A stretch of DNA of 64,000 nucleotides, taken from a virus. The notes below the pieces were generated by a model. It was not told where the DNA came from, did not search any database, and was given only the letters and a program-made list of their open reading frames with translations. This document shows, in pieces, positions 55,484 through 64,000 of this stretch; positions within the stretch are counted from its first letter, which is position 1; every line of letters starts with the position of its first letter. The translations under genes and the position numbers were made by a program. The stretch is from the IMG/VR virus record IMGVR_UViG_3300045988_129382, positions 136,033 to 200,032 of that record. One strand, 5' to 3'.

Positions 55484-56008
55484 ATGAGATTTACAAATTC
55501 TCCTTATGGGGATGATACTCCTACATTATTAGGTGGTGTTGGTGGTGGTCAACCAGTTAGGTGGTTGTACTCCGAATTTGGGCATTTCCTTAATGTGTGG
55601 GGAAAGAATAATAATGTTAATGTTACTTTCAATTTAAAATCTAAAGACGATATTGATAGTAAGTTAGATGCTTTACGTAGTTACGTGCGTAATGGGTTAT
55701 TAGCTAAAGATGACTTATGTGAGTTGGAAGAAAGGTTACGTACATATAGTAATCTTGCTAGTGGTGGCAGTGGTAGTCATACACATTCTGCTATTGTTTC
55801 TGAAGCACATGCTAAGGGTAAAAAATATACTACTTATAAAGATGGTAAGTTAGTAGAAAAGGTTGGTAGGGGTGAGCGTAAACATGTTACATCTGCTCAA
55901 CTAAAAGCTTTAGCTGAAGCACGTAAGAAAGCACATACTGATGAAGCGTGTACTAAACGTAGAAAATCTATTCAAGCTAGGCGAGATGCTAAGACTTTAG
56001 GTTTATAA
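55484..56008 (+). CDS. hypothetical protein with a basic C-terminus
   Basis: RBS GGAAGG. 174 aa. Confidence 0.55.
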   Translation: MRFTNSPYGDDTPTLLGGVGGGQPVRWLYSEFGHFLNVWGKNNNVNVTFNLKSKDDIDSKLDALRSYVRNGLLAKDDLCELEERLRTYSNLASGGSGSHTHSAIVSEAHAKGKKYTTYKDGKLVEKVGRGERKHVTSAQLKALAEARKKAHTDEACTKRRKSIQARRDAKTLGL

Positions 56009-56156
56009 TAGTATAGCATTATACATAATACACATTACTTTATGTATTGTGTACAGTCTGACAATTATAAATATATTGATTTATAGTTATAATTATATAT
56101 TGCGAATTTACACTTCTTACAGTACAATAAGAGGTATTAAAGTATATTATTAGTAC

Positions 56157-57275
56157 ATGGGTGGTGTAACTTCGTTGAATGAGTGTTTTAAAGTTAGGGT
56201 ATATCCTAATAAAGAACAGATTAGGGTAATTGAGGATACGTTTAATTCTACAAGATATTTGTATAATTACATGCTTAATCTTAAAGAAAAGTTGTATAAG
56301 TTCTTTGGAATTAATTTGAGTTATAACAGTTCTTCTAAGGTTCTAACAGAGTTAAAGAAACAAAAGACATGGTTAAAGTTTGTAGATGCTGTTGCGTTGC
56401 AACAATGTCTTAAAGACTTAGATAATGCATATCAAAGATTCTTTAAAGGTCAAGTGGAATACCCTAAATTTAAGTCTAAGAAACGGAGTAAAAACTCTTA
56501 TCGTACTAATATGAATATTAGTTTAAATATTGAAAATCGTACAATTAAAATTCCAAAAGTTGGTAGTATTAGATTTAGAGATGTGTGCGACTTTAAAGGT
56601 ATTACTAAAATTTATAGTGTTACTATTTCTAAGACATCTAGTGGTAAATATTATGCTAGTATATCAGCTGAAGTTAATATCGAACATTTTGAGAAAGCCA
56701 ATCAAAATGTAGGTATAGACTTGGGTTTAAAATATTTTGCGATTTTCAGTAGTGGTGAAAAAGTAGAGAATCCTAAATTCTTTATTAATGCTCAAAAGAA
56801 GTTAGCTAAGATGCAACGTAAGTTGTCTAAGAAAGTTTTTGGTAGTAATAATTATCATAAATACAAAGTCAAGGTAGCTAGATTTCATGAGAAAATAAGG
56901 AATAAGAGATTAGATTTTCTACATAAATTATCACTTAGATTAGTAAAAGAGTATGATATTATTTGTGTTGAGACTCTTAAAGTTAAAAATATGATGAAAA
57001 ATCATAAATTAACAAAATCATTTCTAGACACTTCTTTATGTGAGTTTATAAGACAATTAGAATATAAATGTTTGTGGTATGGTAAAACTATCTCTAAAGT
57101 AGATAGATTTTATCCGTCCAGTCAGATATGTTCTAGTTGTGGCTTTAAAAACAAAGATGTTAAGAATCTTAGTGTTCGTGATTGGGATTGTCCTAGTTGT
57201 GGGGTTCATCATGATAGAGATATCAATGCATCAATTAACATTTTACATGAGGGATTAAAGATACTAAGTTCATAG
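56157..57275 (+). CDS. tnpB: TnpB (IS200/IS605-family OrfB) RNA-guided nuclease
   Basis: N-terminus FKVRVYPNKEQ. RuvC D in VGIDLGLKY, E in IICVETLKVKNM, D in HHDRDINASINI. Zinc finger CSSCG...CPSCG. An alternative TTG start at 56175 lies behind GGGTGGTG. Confidence 0.85.
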   Translation: MGGVTSLNECFKVRVYPNKEQIRVIEDTFNSTRYLYNYMLNLKEKLYKFFGINLSYNSSSKVLTELKKQKTWLKFVDAVALQQCLKDLDNAYQRFFKGQVEYPKFKSKKRSKNSYRTNMNISLNIENRTIKIPKVGSIRFRDVCDFKGITKIYSVTISKTSSGKYYASISAEVNIEHFEKANQNVGIDLGLKYFAIFSSGEKVENPKFFINAQKKLAKMQRKLSKKVFGSNNYHKYKVKVARFHEKIRNKRLDFLHKLSLRLVKEYDIICVETLKVKNMMKNHKLTKSFLDTSLCEFIRQLEYKCLWYGKTISKVDRFYPSSQICSSCGFKNKDVKNLSVRDWDCPSCGVHHDRDINASINILHEGLKILSS

Positions 57276-57430
57276 TATATATAATTTTAACTGTGGGACA
57301 CACAGGGATAGCCTATTAAATTTATCTGACCGATGGCTTTGATTGTTTTAATTGAAGTTAAGTTAGATGTAAATAGGAACTTCTTTTTAAGAGGGTGTCA
57401 GACATAATAATAGTTAATATAGTATTTATT
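57276..57430 (+). ncRNA. candidate TnpB omega/reRNA scaffold and right-end region
   Basis: ORF-free, locally GC-richer segment directly 3' of tnpB with the hairpin CTGTGGGACACACAG. TnpB guide RNAs are known to derive from the 3' end of tnpB and the right end. The boundaries are not determinable by eye. Confidence 0.4.
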
Positions 57431-57454
57431 TTTAATAAGGGGATTCCTAGATAA

Positions 57455-58654
57455 ATGAGGCAAGTAAGAAAACTTAGCAATTTGATTGCTGACGAATTAG
57501 AAATGCAAGGTATTGAGGTTGGTTCTGCATTGTTTGAATCTACTGTATCTAGCATTGTTAAAAGTGTAAATGAAGCCTTGAAAGATGCTGACAAAAAAGA
57601 CGCTGGTAATACAGACGTGTTTGAGGAAGTAGAAGAGGGTTCTTTCTATTTTGCTACTGCCGATACAACTTTGGGTGATTATGAAGTTAATCAAGATGAG
57701 ATTGTAGAGTTGGTAACAAATGGCGAACCTTGTATTGTAAATATTTACGATGCTGATGGTGAGTTGCGTGAGGAAGAAGTAGAGGTTTCTGCTGAAGACT
57801 TCGTAGCATTTGTTGATAGTGCTGATGAAGTTGTTGTTGAAGATGTAGAAGAACTTTTCGATGACGAGGAAGAAGATGTAGAGGAAGGTGCTAAAATCTC
57901 CTTTAAAGGTGGTAAAAAGCGTAAAATCAACGCAAAAAAAGCCAAACTTCTTTTAAAATCTAAAGAAAAAGGTGAAAAGTGGAAAGTTCAAGGCGATAAA
58001 TTGGTTCGTAGGACTGCCGCTGAAATTAAAGCATCTAAAAAGAACATTAAGAAAGCTAAAAAAGGTAAAGCTAAGGCTAAGAAAAATCGTAAAAAAGCAA
58101 TGAAAGCCAACGAGTCTGTAGTTGTTGAAGGTTTCGATATTTCTGCTAATGGTACTATCTTCCACGTAGAAGATGGCGATGTTCTTTCTTATGAAGATGG
58201 TTTCTTAACTGTAACACGTGATGGTGTAGAAGTATTCTCTAACTTAACTGTTTCTGAATCTTTCATTTCACGTTGCGTAGCTGAGGGTGTTGTTGACGAT
58301 TGTGAAGATTGTGATGACGAAGAAGAAATTCAAGAAGCTAAAAAACGTAAAACAGTAAAAGAAGATGAAGATTCTGAGGAAGATGAAGAAGAAATTCAAG
58401 AAGATTCTGATGAAGACGATGATGATGATGACGATGATTCTGATGATGAGGAAGAGGAAGATGACAAAGACGAAGAGGTCTCTGAGTCTATGTTAACTTT
58501 CAAGTCGGGTAAAGGTTATTGTCTAGTATCTGAAGGCCGTGAGTTACAAATGGGTAACAGGATTCGTGCAAGAGCAATGCTTTTGAATCAAGGTTTTGAA
58601 GTTTCTTCTGAAGATTTAGACAAAGCTTCTAGTGGTCAATTAGTTATTCTTTAA
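57455..58654 (+). CDS. highly charged protein (poly-Asp/Glu and Lys-rich blocks)
   Basis: RBS AAGGGGA. Contains DDDDDDDDSDDEEEEDDKDEE and KKAKKGKAKAKKNRKKAMK. The N-terminus has ELE|M. Confidence 0.65.
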   Translation: MRQVRKLSNLIADELEMQGIEVGSALFESTVSSIVKSVNEALKDADKKDAGNTDVFEEVEEGSFYFATADTTLGDYEVNQDEIVELVTNGEPCIVNIYDADGELREEEVEVSAEDFVAFVDSADEVVVEDVEELFDDEEEDVEEGAKISFKGGKKRKINAKKAKLLLKSKEKGEKWKVQGDKLVRRTAAEIKASKKNIKKAKKGKAKAKKNRKKAMKANESVVVEGFDISANGTIFHVEDGDVLSYEDGFLTVTRDGVEVFSNLTVSESFISRCVAEGVVDDCEDCDDEEEIQEAKKRKTVKEDEDSEEDEEEIQEDSDEDDDDDDDDSDDEEEEDDKDEEVSESMLTFKSGKGYCLVSEGRELQMGNRIRARAMLLNQGFEVSSEDLDKASSGQLVIL

Positions 58655-58671
58655 TAGGTAGGATATAGATT

Positions 58672-59484
58672 ATGGGTAGGTCGTATCTAAGTGATACATT
58701 GAAGCTTATCCTATCAGATAAAGTGAATGTACCTGATAATGAGATTGAAAAGTTGTCAGGTACATTTTATAAATTAGGTCTATCTGATAATGATGAGGTA
58801 TATGGAATACTATTTATGATTTATTCCATAGCTATTACTAAATCACAGTTACCAATGTCTATGGGTAACTTCCGTAACATTTGGAGTAGGTGTGGTGGTA
58901 TTAGTTTAGATTTTGTATCTACTTTAGCTACATTTGTTAAGTGTGGTATTTTAAAAATTAAAAAGAGGAATAAATCTACTGTATTAGATATGTTGACAGT
59001 TGAGGAAGAGGAAGATACTTCTAATGTTGTTATCTTTGTAGAGGCTACAGATTTATTTAATGAGTGTGTGTCTTTATTGTCTAATCTTCTAGATACATAT
59101 CGCAACCCTGTGTATGAGGGTGTGATACAAGATGAAGTTCCGTCTTTTGTAAAAAGTTACGTTAAGCGTTTATATGATGTGTTGGATGATTTACATGTGT
59201 TTGTAGAGTTAGAATCATTTTCAGATGAAAGTAATTCTAGACGAGTAAATCTTAATATTAACAATACATCTAGGTATGACATTAATGATAACGAGATTGA
59301 AAAGTTAGCTAAGTCATTCATTAAGAATAGGGAAAGCAAAATTGTTGATGTAGAGTGTTACAAAGATACAAATAAAACTTTATTCTTAGGAATTGACTTT
59401 AAACAAGGTACTAAGGATTTTAATTTCTCATGTGCAACTATTTTCTCATTCATTGAGGAATTAGAGTTAAATCATGTTAGATAG
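58672..59484 (+). CDS. hypothetical protein
   Basis: RBS AGGTAGGA. 270 aa. Confidence 0.6.
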   Translation: MGRSYLSDTLKLILSDKVNVPDNEIEKLSGTFYKLGLSDNDEVYGILFMIYSIAITKSQLPMSMGNFRNIWSRCGGISLDFVSTLATFVKCGILKIKKRNKSTVLDMLTVEEEEDTSNVVIFVEATDLFNECVSLLSNLLDTYRNPVYEGVIQDEVPSFVKSYVKRLYDVLDDLHVFVELESFSDESNSRRVNLNINNTSRYDINDNEIEKLAKSFIKNRESKIVDVECYKDTNKTLFLGIDFKQGTKDFNFSCATIFSFIEELELNHVR

Positions 59485-59498
59485 TAGGGGAACATATA

Positions 59499-59996
59499 AT
59501 GAATTATATTAATCGTGGTGGTAAGTCTATACTATCTGCTATTCGTGAGGGTGCTAAACACGTAAGCGAGCAGAATGGTATAGCTAATATGAAATTGGTA
59601 GATGATGCTACAGTTAAGAATAGTATTCAAGAAGCCTTTTGTCATATTCCTAATAGTTCTGATACAAGTCAAGTTCCTTTTACCAATTCTTATACTAAAG
59701 TTCAATCTACGATTGACCCAGTAATTAGAAATAGCACTTCTAGTGTAGGCACTAAGAGTAGTTCTAATGTTTCTTTAAATACAAACGCATTTGAGGATAA
59801 ATTAGTTAATAAGCTACAAAAGTGTGTTGAGACTTTATCTGATACTGGTGAGTATTATAATGCCGTAGATGCATTGTTTACTTTGTATACTATGGGTGCA
59901 TTAACTGATGGTGTTGTTGATTCTATCACTAGGCGAGATTTAAAAGAGATTAAGTCTATTGTTAGTGAATTCAAGGATTTAGTAGATTCTTTCTAA
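59499..59996 (+). CDS. hypothetical protein
   Basis: RBS AGGGGA. 165 aa. Confidence 0.6.
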   Translation: MNYINRGGKSILSAIREGAKHVSEQNGIANMKLVDDATVKNSIQEAFCHIPNSSDTSQVPFTNSYTKVQSTIDPVIRNSTSSVGTKSSSNVSLNTNAFEDKLVNKLQKCVETLSDTGEYYNAVDALFTLYTMGALTDGVVDSITRRDLKEIKSIVSEFKDLVDSF

Positions 59997-60052
59997 AAGT
60001 TATGTAAATGTGTTATAATGCTTGTAGGTTTATTTTACAAGGAGACTAACAT

Positions 60053-61081
60053 ATGAATACTATAACAAAGGAAAGTTTATTTCAGATGATTGTTAGGTCT
60101 GATGAAATATTACTAGTGGATGTGTCAAATTTTCTGTATCGTTATGCTTGGGCATACAAGGGTATGTATATTGATATCAATGGTAAAGATACATTTATTG
60201 GGCATATTCATGGGTTTCTTAAATTCTTAACACGTTTAGAGGGTACGTTTAATAATCCGTCAATCGTTTTATGTTTGGATGGTTCTGATATTACAAGAAG
60301 AGAGATAAATCCTAGTTATAAAGCGAATAGAAGTAGTCATAGTGATGTTAAGGCTATGATTCAGTCATCTACTAATGACATTGTTAAGATGTCTAGTTTG
60401 ATAACTTCTACGTATTGTTGCTATGATATTAGTTATGAGGCTGATGATTCAATACATTCTATTGTTGAGAGTGTATCTAGTCTTTGTAGTAAGAATAAAA
60501 TACGTAAGAATGTTTACATTTTATCTAATGATAAAGATATGTATCAGTTAGTTAAAGATAATGATTTTGCTACTGTGAATATTATTCGTAAAGTAGGTAA
60601 CAATAATTCGTGGAAGGAAACATCCGATATAGTAGATGAAAGTGTTGTAAGAGATACATTTAATGGTGTTTCTCCTAGTGATTTAGTTAAATATCGTGCC
60701 ATTGTTGGTGATAGTTCAGATAACCTAAAGGGGTACTATAGATTTTTAAAGGCTAAGGCCAGTGAGATTGCTAACAACTATGATTATGATATGTGTAATA
60801 ATACACTAGTTCAGAAAAATGGTTCGCTAGTCAGTGATGATATAGTAGATAAATATCTTCCAATAATTCTTGGTAAGTTTCACATTTTTGAAAATAATTA
60901 TAAGATTATGAAAATGAAGTCATTTGACTTTGAGATATCACCTATTTCAATGAATTTATCAAGAGATGATGTTTCATCTATATTATCACTAATAAATTTA
61001 TATCGTATGGATTGGTTTTTACACTATTGTATGAGACGTAGTTTGTATAGTGATGTTGTAAGGGATTTATATGGTGTCTAG
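60053..61081 (+). CDS. 5'-3' exonuclease / flap endonuclease (T4 RNase H / Pol I 5'-exo family)
   Basis: RBS AAGGAG. Motifs [20 protein letters not shown]...[28 protein letters not shown] and [11 protein letters not shown]. Confidence 0.85.
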   Translation: MNTITKESLFQMIVRSDEILLVDVSNFLYRYAWAYKGMYIDINGKDTFIGHIHGFLKFLTRLEGTFNNPSIVLCLDGSDITRREINPSYKANRSSHSDVKAMIQSSTNDIVKMSSLITSTYCCYDISYEADDSIHSIVESVSSLCSKNKIRKNVYILSNDKDMYQLVKDNDFATVNIIRKVGNNNSWKETSDIVDESVVRDTFNGVSPSDLVKYRAIVGDSSDNLKGYYRFLKAKASEIANNYDYDMCNNTLVQKNGSLVSDDIVDKYLPIILGKFHIFENNYKIMKMKSFDFEISPISMNLSRDDVSSILSLINLYRMDWFLHYCMRRSLYSDVVRDLYGV

Positions 61082-61343
61082 TTTTTACGTGTATGTTCTA
61101 GAGTGTAGTGATGGTACATTATACACAGGCTACACAAACAATCTTAAACATAGGTTGGACGTTCATAATAGTGGTAAGGGTGCTAAATATACTAGGTCAA
61201 GGTTGCCTTGTAAGTTAGTTTATTTAGAGGTGTACACATCTAAGCAAGAAGAAATGAGTAGAGAGTGGTATATCAAAAATAAGTTAACTAGGAAAGATAA
61301 ATTGCAATTAATACAGTCATATTTGTGTGGTATACATGGATAG
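61071..61343 (+). CDS. GIY-YIG nuclease-domain protein (small UPF0213-like)
   Basis: [40 protein letters not shown] contains the GIY..YxG..R..H/E pattern. 90 aa. Confidence 0.85.
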   Translation: MVSSFYVYVLECSDGTLYTGYTNNLKHRLDVHNSGKGAKYTRSRLPCKLVYLEVYTSKQEEMSREWYIKNKLTRKDKLQLIQSYLCGIHG

Positions 61344-61413
61344 TTCTTTTAATGTTTTCAAATTTAATGAATATCACTTTATCTGTTGTATTGTATTGTA
61401 GTAGAGAGGTAAT

Positions 61414-61533
61414 ATGGAACATCTTATTGTGTTAGCGTTTAGTTTACCTTTTATTTTAGGTATTTTAGCTACAATTTTAGTCTATGCGTTTTATTGTGTT
61501 GTTAAAGCGATATTGCATAGGGTTACAAAATAA
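61414..61533 (+). CDS. small (39 aa) hydrophobic protein, not in the ORF track
   Basis: RBS GAGAGG 5 nt upstream of the ATG. Sequence MEHLIVLAFSLPFILGILATILVYAFYCVVKAILHRVTK forms one TM-like segment with a basic tail. Followed by a terminator. Confidence 0.45.
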   Translation: MEHLIVLAFSLPFILGILATILVYAFYCVVKAILHRVTK

Positions 61534-61546
61534 CATAGATTTTTAT

Positions 61547-61578
61547 GAGTACATGGTAATTCATGTACTCTTTTTTTA
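61547..61578 (+). terminator. rho-independent terminator
   Basis: GAGTACATG ... CATGTACTC stem followed by TTTTTTT. Confidence 0.8.
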
Positions 61579-61637
61579 TTATTTGTTGTATAATGTAAGT
61601 GTATGTATTTTTCGTATTTTAATATGGGGTGTAAACT

Positions 61638-61946
61638 ATGCTAGAAAACTCTAAGATTGTGTACGTTGCTCATCCGTATGGTGGGTTGTCATCTAACTAT
61701 GATAAAGTATCAGACATAATGAAGGTGCTATGCTCAAAATTTAGTGATAAGACATTTGTATCACCTATTCATGCTTATGGGTTTATGTATGAATCAGTAG
61801 ACTATGATAAAGGTATAAACCTTTGTTTTAAGCTTTTAGATTTATGTGATACTGTACTCTTATGTGGTGAGTGGGAATATTCTAAGGGTTGTAATATGGA
61901 GAGAGAGTATGCCTTAGTTAATAATAAGATTGTGGAGGTACTGTAA
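61638..61946 (+). CDS. DUF4406 / nucleoside 2-deoxyribosyltransferase-like protein
   Basis: KIVYVAHPYGG and CDTVLLCGEWEYSKGCNMEREYA resemble the iAGPm.G ... W..S.G...E pattern of this fold. Confidence 0.4.
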   Translation: MLENSKIVYVAHPYGGLSSNYDKVSDIMKVLCSKFSDKTFVSPIHAYGFMYESVDYDKGINLCFKLLDLCDTVLLCGEWEYSKGCNMEREYALVNNKIVEVL

Positions 61947-62344
61947 TGATACAAGATATTCTAGAGGGTGTTAAGGATATAAAAGACTTAGCTAATAAGA
62001 ATAAAGCTTTTATGGATATGGGTGATTATAAGTCTGTTTCTGATGGTTATCATACAATAGGTGATTTGTATGAGCATAGGACGTACCTATTTGCCATGAT
62101 TTGTAAACTCTATATACCTACAGTATATGTGTGGAAAACTAGAAAACACGAAGATGGTACTATGTATGACGATATGTTTTTAGTTGGTATCGATTTACCT
62201 AATGGGCAGATTTCATATCATATTAAGAACAAGTATTGGGATTTGTTTGAGGAAGTTCAGGAAATTCCTAATGCAATTAATTATGATGGGTATACATCTG
62301 AAGATGTTATTATTCGTATGGGAGAGTATATTAAAAATGTCTAA
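61946..62344 (+). CDS. hypothetical protein
   Basis: TAATG overlap with the previous gene. 132 aa. Confidence 0.55.
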   Translation: MIQDILEGVKDIKDLANKNKAFMDMGDYKSVSDGYHTIGDLYEHRTYLFAMICKLYIPTVYVWKTRKHEDGTMYDDMFLVGIDLPNGQISYHIKNKYWDLFEEVQEIPNAINYDGYTSEDVIIRMGEYIKNV

Positions 62345-63323
62345 GTTTGATTACACCTTTAAATCTATGTGTGAAGATATTCTAACTAGTGGTATTGTTT
62401 CAGATGGTGAAACAGTTAGACCTAAGTGGGAAGATGGTTCAGATGCTCATACCATTAAGAAGTTTGCTGTTGTTAATCGATATGATGTGGGAAGAGAGTT
62501 TCCCGTACCAACTCAACGTCCTTTATCTTTTAAGTCTTGCGTTGAAGAGATGTTGTGGATTTGGCAGTTACATTCTAATAATGTTAATGATTTAAACACT
62601 AGGATTTGGGATGCTTGGGCAGATAGTGAAGGTTCTATAGGAACTGCATATGGGTATCAGATTGGTAAAGAATCTTTCTATTATATTAAGTCTAATGATA
62701 TTGTTTCTGATATTCAGAGGGCATTTCCTAATATGAAATATGATAAAGATGAATGTGTTTTCTATCATGATGGTTTAGGTGGTGGGCATAAAATCTTTCT
62801 AGGTAGTGTCTGTGGTGGTGTATGTTTAGTAGAGATGAATCAGATAGATAAAGTAATTTACGATTTAGTACATACACCTTTCTCACGTAGGATTATTGCT
62901 CATATGTATAATTTTGATGAGTTAAGTACAATGAATTTATATCCTTGTGCTTATTCCTGTACATTTAATGTTACAGTTGATTGTAGGGGTAATAAAGTAT
63001 TAAATCTATTATTAAATCAACGTAGTCAAGATATTCTAGCCGCTAATGCTTGGAATGTGGCACAGTACTCAGTGTTATTACATATGGTGGCACATCATGT
63101 TGGTATGAGAGTTGGTGAGTTGGTACATGTGATTGCTGATGCTCATATCTATGATAGGCATATTCCTATTATTCGAGAGTTGATAGAACGTGATACATAT
63201 GAAGCACCTACTTTTAAGTTAAATAAGAGTGTTACAGATTTCTATGATTTCACAGTAGATGATGTATCACTTGTTGATTATAAACATGGTGATGTAATTA
63301 AAAACGTACCTATTGCTGTGTAG
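62337..63323 (+). CDS. thyA: thymidylate synthase family enzyme (ThyA-like; a dUMP hydroxymethylase-type activity cannot be excluded)
   Basis: Start at MSKFDYTF (ATGTCTAA overlap). Motifs EEMLWIWQL, IWDAWAD, FSRRIIAHMYN, LYPCAYSCTF (catalytic Cys, but the usual His is Ala), NQRSQDILAANAWNVAQY (Asn retained) and ADAHIYDRH. An insertion of about 45 aa follows YGYQ. Confidence 0.75.
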   Translation: MSKFDYTFKSMCEDILTSGIVSDGETVRPKWEDGSDAHTIKKFAVVNRYDVGREFPVPTQRPLSFKSCVEEMLWIWQLHSNNVNDLNTRIWDAWADSEGSIGTAYGYQIGKESFYYIKSNDIVSDIQRAFPNMKYDKDECVFYHDGLGGGHKIFLGSVCGGVCLVEMNQIDKVIYDLVHTPFSRRIIAHMYNFDELSTMNLYPCAYSCTFNVTVDCRGNKVLNLLLNQRSQDILAANAWNVAQYSVLLHMVAHHVGMRVGELVHVIADAHIYDRHIPIIRELIERDTYEAPTFKLNKSVTDFYDFTVDDVSLVDYKHGDVIKNVPIAV

Positions 63324-63325
63324 AG

Positions 63326-63553
63326 GTGATACTAATGAAAGATAAGAAAGCATTAAAGAAGATTATTAAAATTATTGAGGGGATTAATAATACAGATGAG
63401 GTATTAGATTTACCTAATACTAGAAGAATGAAACGTAAAGATATTGTATCAACTATAGATACAGTTATCAGTATATTAGAAGATGATGCAGATACGTATA
63501 CTAAAGAAGATGCTATAAATTTACTATTCAAGATTAGGAATAATACGTTATAA
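63326..63553 (+). CDS. hypothetical protein
   Basis: 75-aa ORF starting 3 nt after the thyA-like stop. Confidence 0.5.
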   Translation: MILMKDKKALKKIIKIIEGINNTDEVLDLPNTRRMKRKDIVSTIDTVISILEDDADTYTKEDAINLLFKIRNNTL

Positions 63554-63685
63554 TGTAATACACATGTATGAGAGTATGCTTGCATCATATGTGAGATAAA
63601 ATAGATGATACTCTATAACATAAATTAGGGTATCATCTAATAAGCACACAGTAATAATAGACATAATAAAACAGATATAAAAGAT

Positions 63686-63733
63686 ACTAATAATATAATT
63701 AACAATAATACTAATAATATAATTAACAATAAT
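63686..63733. repeat. 24-bp direct tandem repeat x2 (ACTAATAATATAATTAACAATAAT)
   Basis: Exact copies at 63686-63709 and 63710-63733 in an ORF-free region. Confidence 0.8.
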
Positions 63734-63760
63734 AACACTATTAATAGGAATATAATAATG

Positions 63761-63800
63761 AATTGAATTAATTTCTTCTAACGAAGAAAAGAATTCAATT
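63761..63800. repeat. imperfect 18-bp palindrome
   Basis: AATTGAATTAATTTCTTC taac GAAGAAAAGAATTCAATT gives 9 + 7 bp pairing with a 2-nt internal mismatch. Confidence 0.7.
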
Positions 63801-63945
63801 AGAGGTGGATGTATTATATTAATGAAGTTAATTATAGTAAGAGAAAGAAAGTATAATATATCTGGAAACTAGGGATTAAGGATGATACTGAATTAATAAC
63901 TAAGTGAGCGAGTATATTATAGAAGATTGAATAAATAAATTTCAT

Positions 63946-64000
63946 TTAATTGATTAGAGTTAATTGATTAGAGTTAATTGATTAGAGTTAATTGATTAGA
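63946..64000. repeat. 14-bp tandem repeat TTAATTGATTAGAG, at least 3.9 copies, running off the window edge
   Basis: Units at 63946, 63960, 63974 and 63988 are identical. The last is cut by the end of the window. Confidence 0.9.

Noticed and set aside
62184-62336. 51-codon N-terminal extension of the ThyA-like ORF, overlapping the previous gene.
   Set aside because: The extension is out of frame inside 61946-62344 and has junk-like composition. Homology to ThyA begins right after the Met at 62337 (ATGTCTAA overlap).
7213-62595. Short same-strand alternative-frame ORFs nested in larger genes (7213-7404, 15968-16189, 20017-20211, 23861-24076, 41826-42032, 46842-47165, 48499-48690, 56530-56712, 62389-62595).
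   Set aside because: They are fully embedded out of frame in well-supported genes and have no independent start signals.
859-63588. About 45 minus-strand ORFs of 60-149 aa in the ORF track (for example 859-1056, 3659-3913, 4410-4742, 20388-20812, 33933-34382, 42100-42477, 50886-51239, 63310-63588).
   Set aside because: All lie antisense inside longer + strand genes with recognisable motifs or paralogy. They have low-complexity or odd composition and no RBS, and they break the otherwise strictly unidirectional, tightly coupled gene order. I treat them as shadow ORFs of an AT-rich genome.
17754-63600. tRNA or tmRNA genes in the larger intergenic gaps (17754-17940, 25474-26118, 47960-48224, 53886-54064, 61344-61637).
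   Set aside because: By eye I found no cloverleaf-compatible segment with GTTC-type T-arm and acceptor pairing. The 25.5-26.0 kb modules are closed by a terminal stem but lack tRNA features. This needs tRNAscan-SE to be definitive.
63946-64000. CRISPR array at the right edge.
   Set aside because: The 14-bp units are directly adjacent with no spacers, and they are far shorter than CRISPR repeats. This is a simple tandem repeat.

Overview
AT-rich, tightly packed window in which every credible gene is on the + strand. It reads as part of a large tailed-phage genome with a T4-type head module. That module has a gp21-like (S77) prohead protease fused to a coiled-coil region, a gp23-like major capsid protein, a large terminase and a portal. 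Replication and nucleotide genes are also present: a DnaX-like clamp loader split by an intein, HU, a FEN/5'-3' exonuclease, a ThyA-like enzyme and a QueC-like PP-loop enzyme. The first ~13.7 kb consists of two tandem paralogue families. One is a 13-gene array whose members share a short N-terminal leader ending in (I/L/V)-x-E|G. This is the cleavage motif of T4-type prohead proteases, and the capsid protein carries it as IHE64|G65, so I propose an expanded family of capsid-targeted internal proteins. Other notable content: (1) five tandem stem-closed RNA-like modules with a shared ACAGC motif, lying behind a sigma70-like promoter and just upstream of a DUF2828/Ro60(TROVE)-like vWA protein, giving a candidate phage Ro/Y-RNA-like RNP locus; (2) an IscB nuclease with an upstream candidate omega-RNA, and a separate TnpB with a candidate 3' guide-RNA region, neither with a TnpA; (3) a trimeric autotransporter adhesin with YadA anchor and C-terminal SLH domain, in its own promoter/terminator cassette, which hints at a diderm-Firmicute (Negativicutes-like) host; (4) a double-AAA+ (MoxR/CobS-like) + HExxH peptidase + acidic vWA (CobT-like) triad; (5) tandem repeats and a palindrome at the right window edge. 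No tRNA, rRNA or CRISPR array was recognised. All functional calls come from motif recognition by eye, with no database search run.
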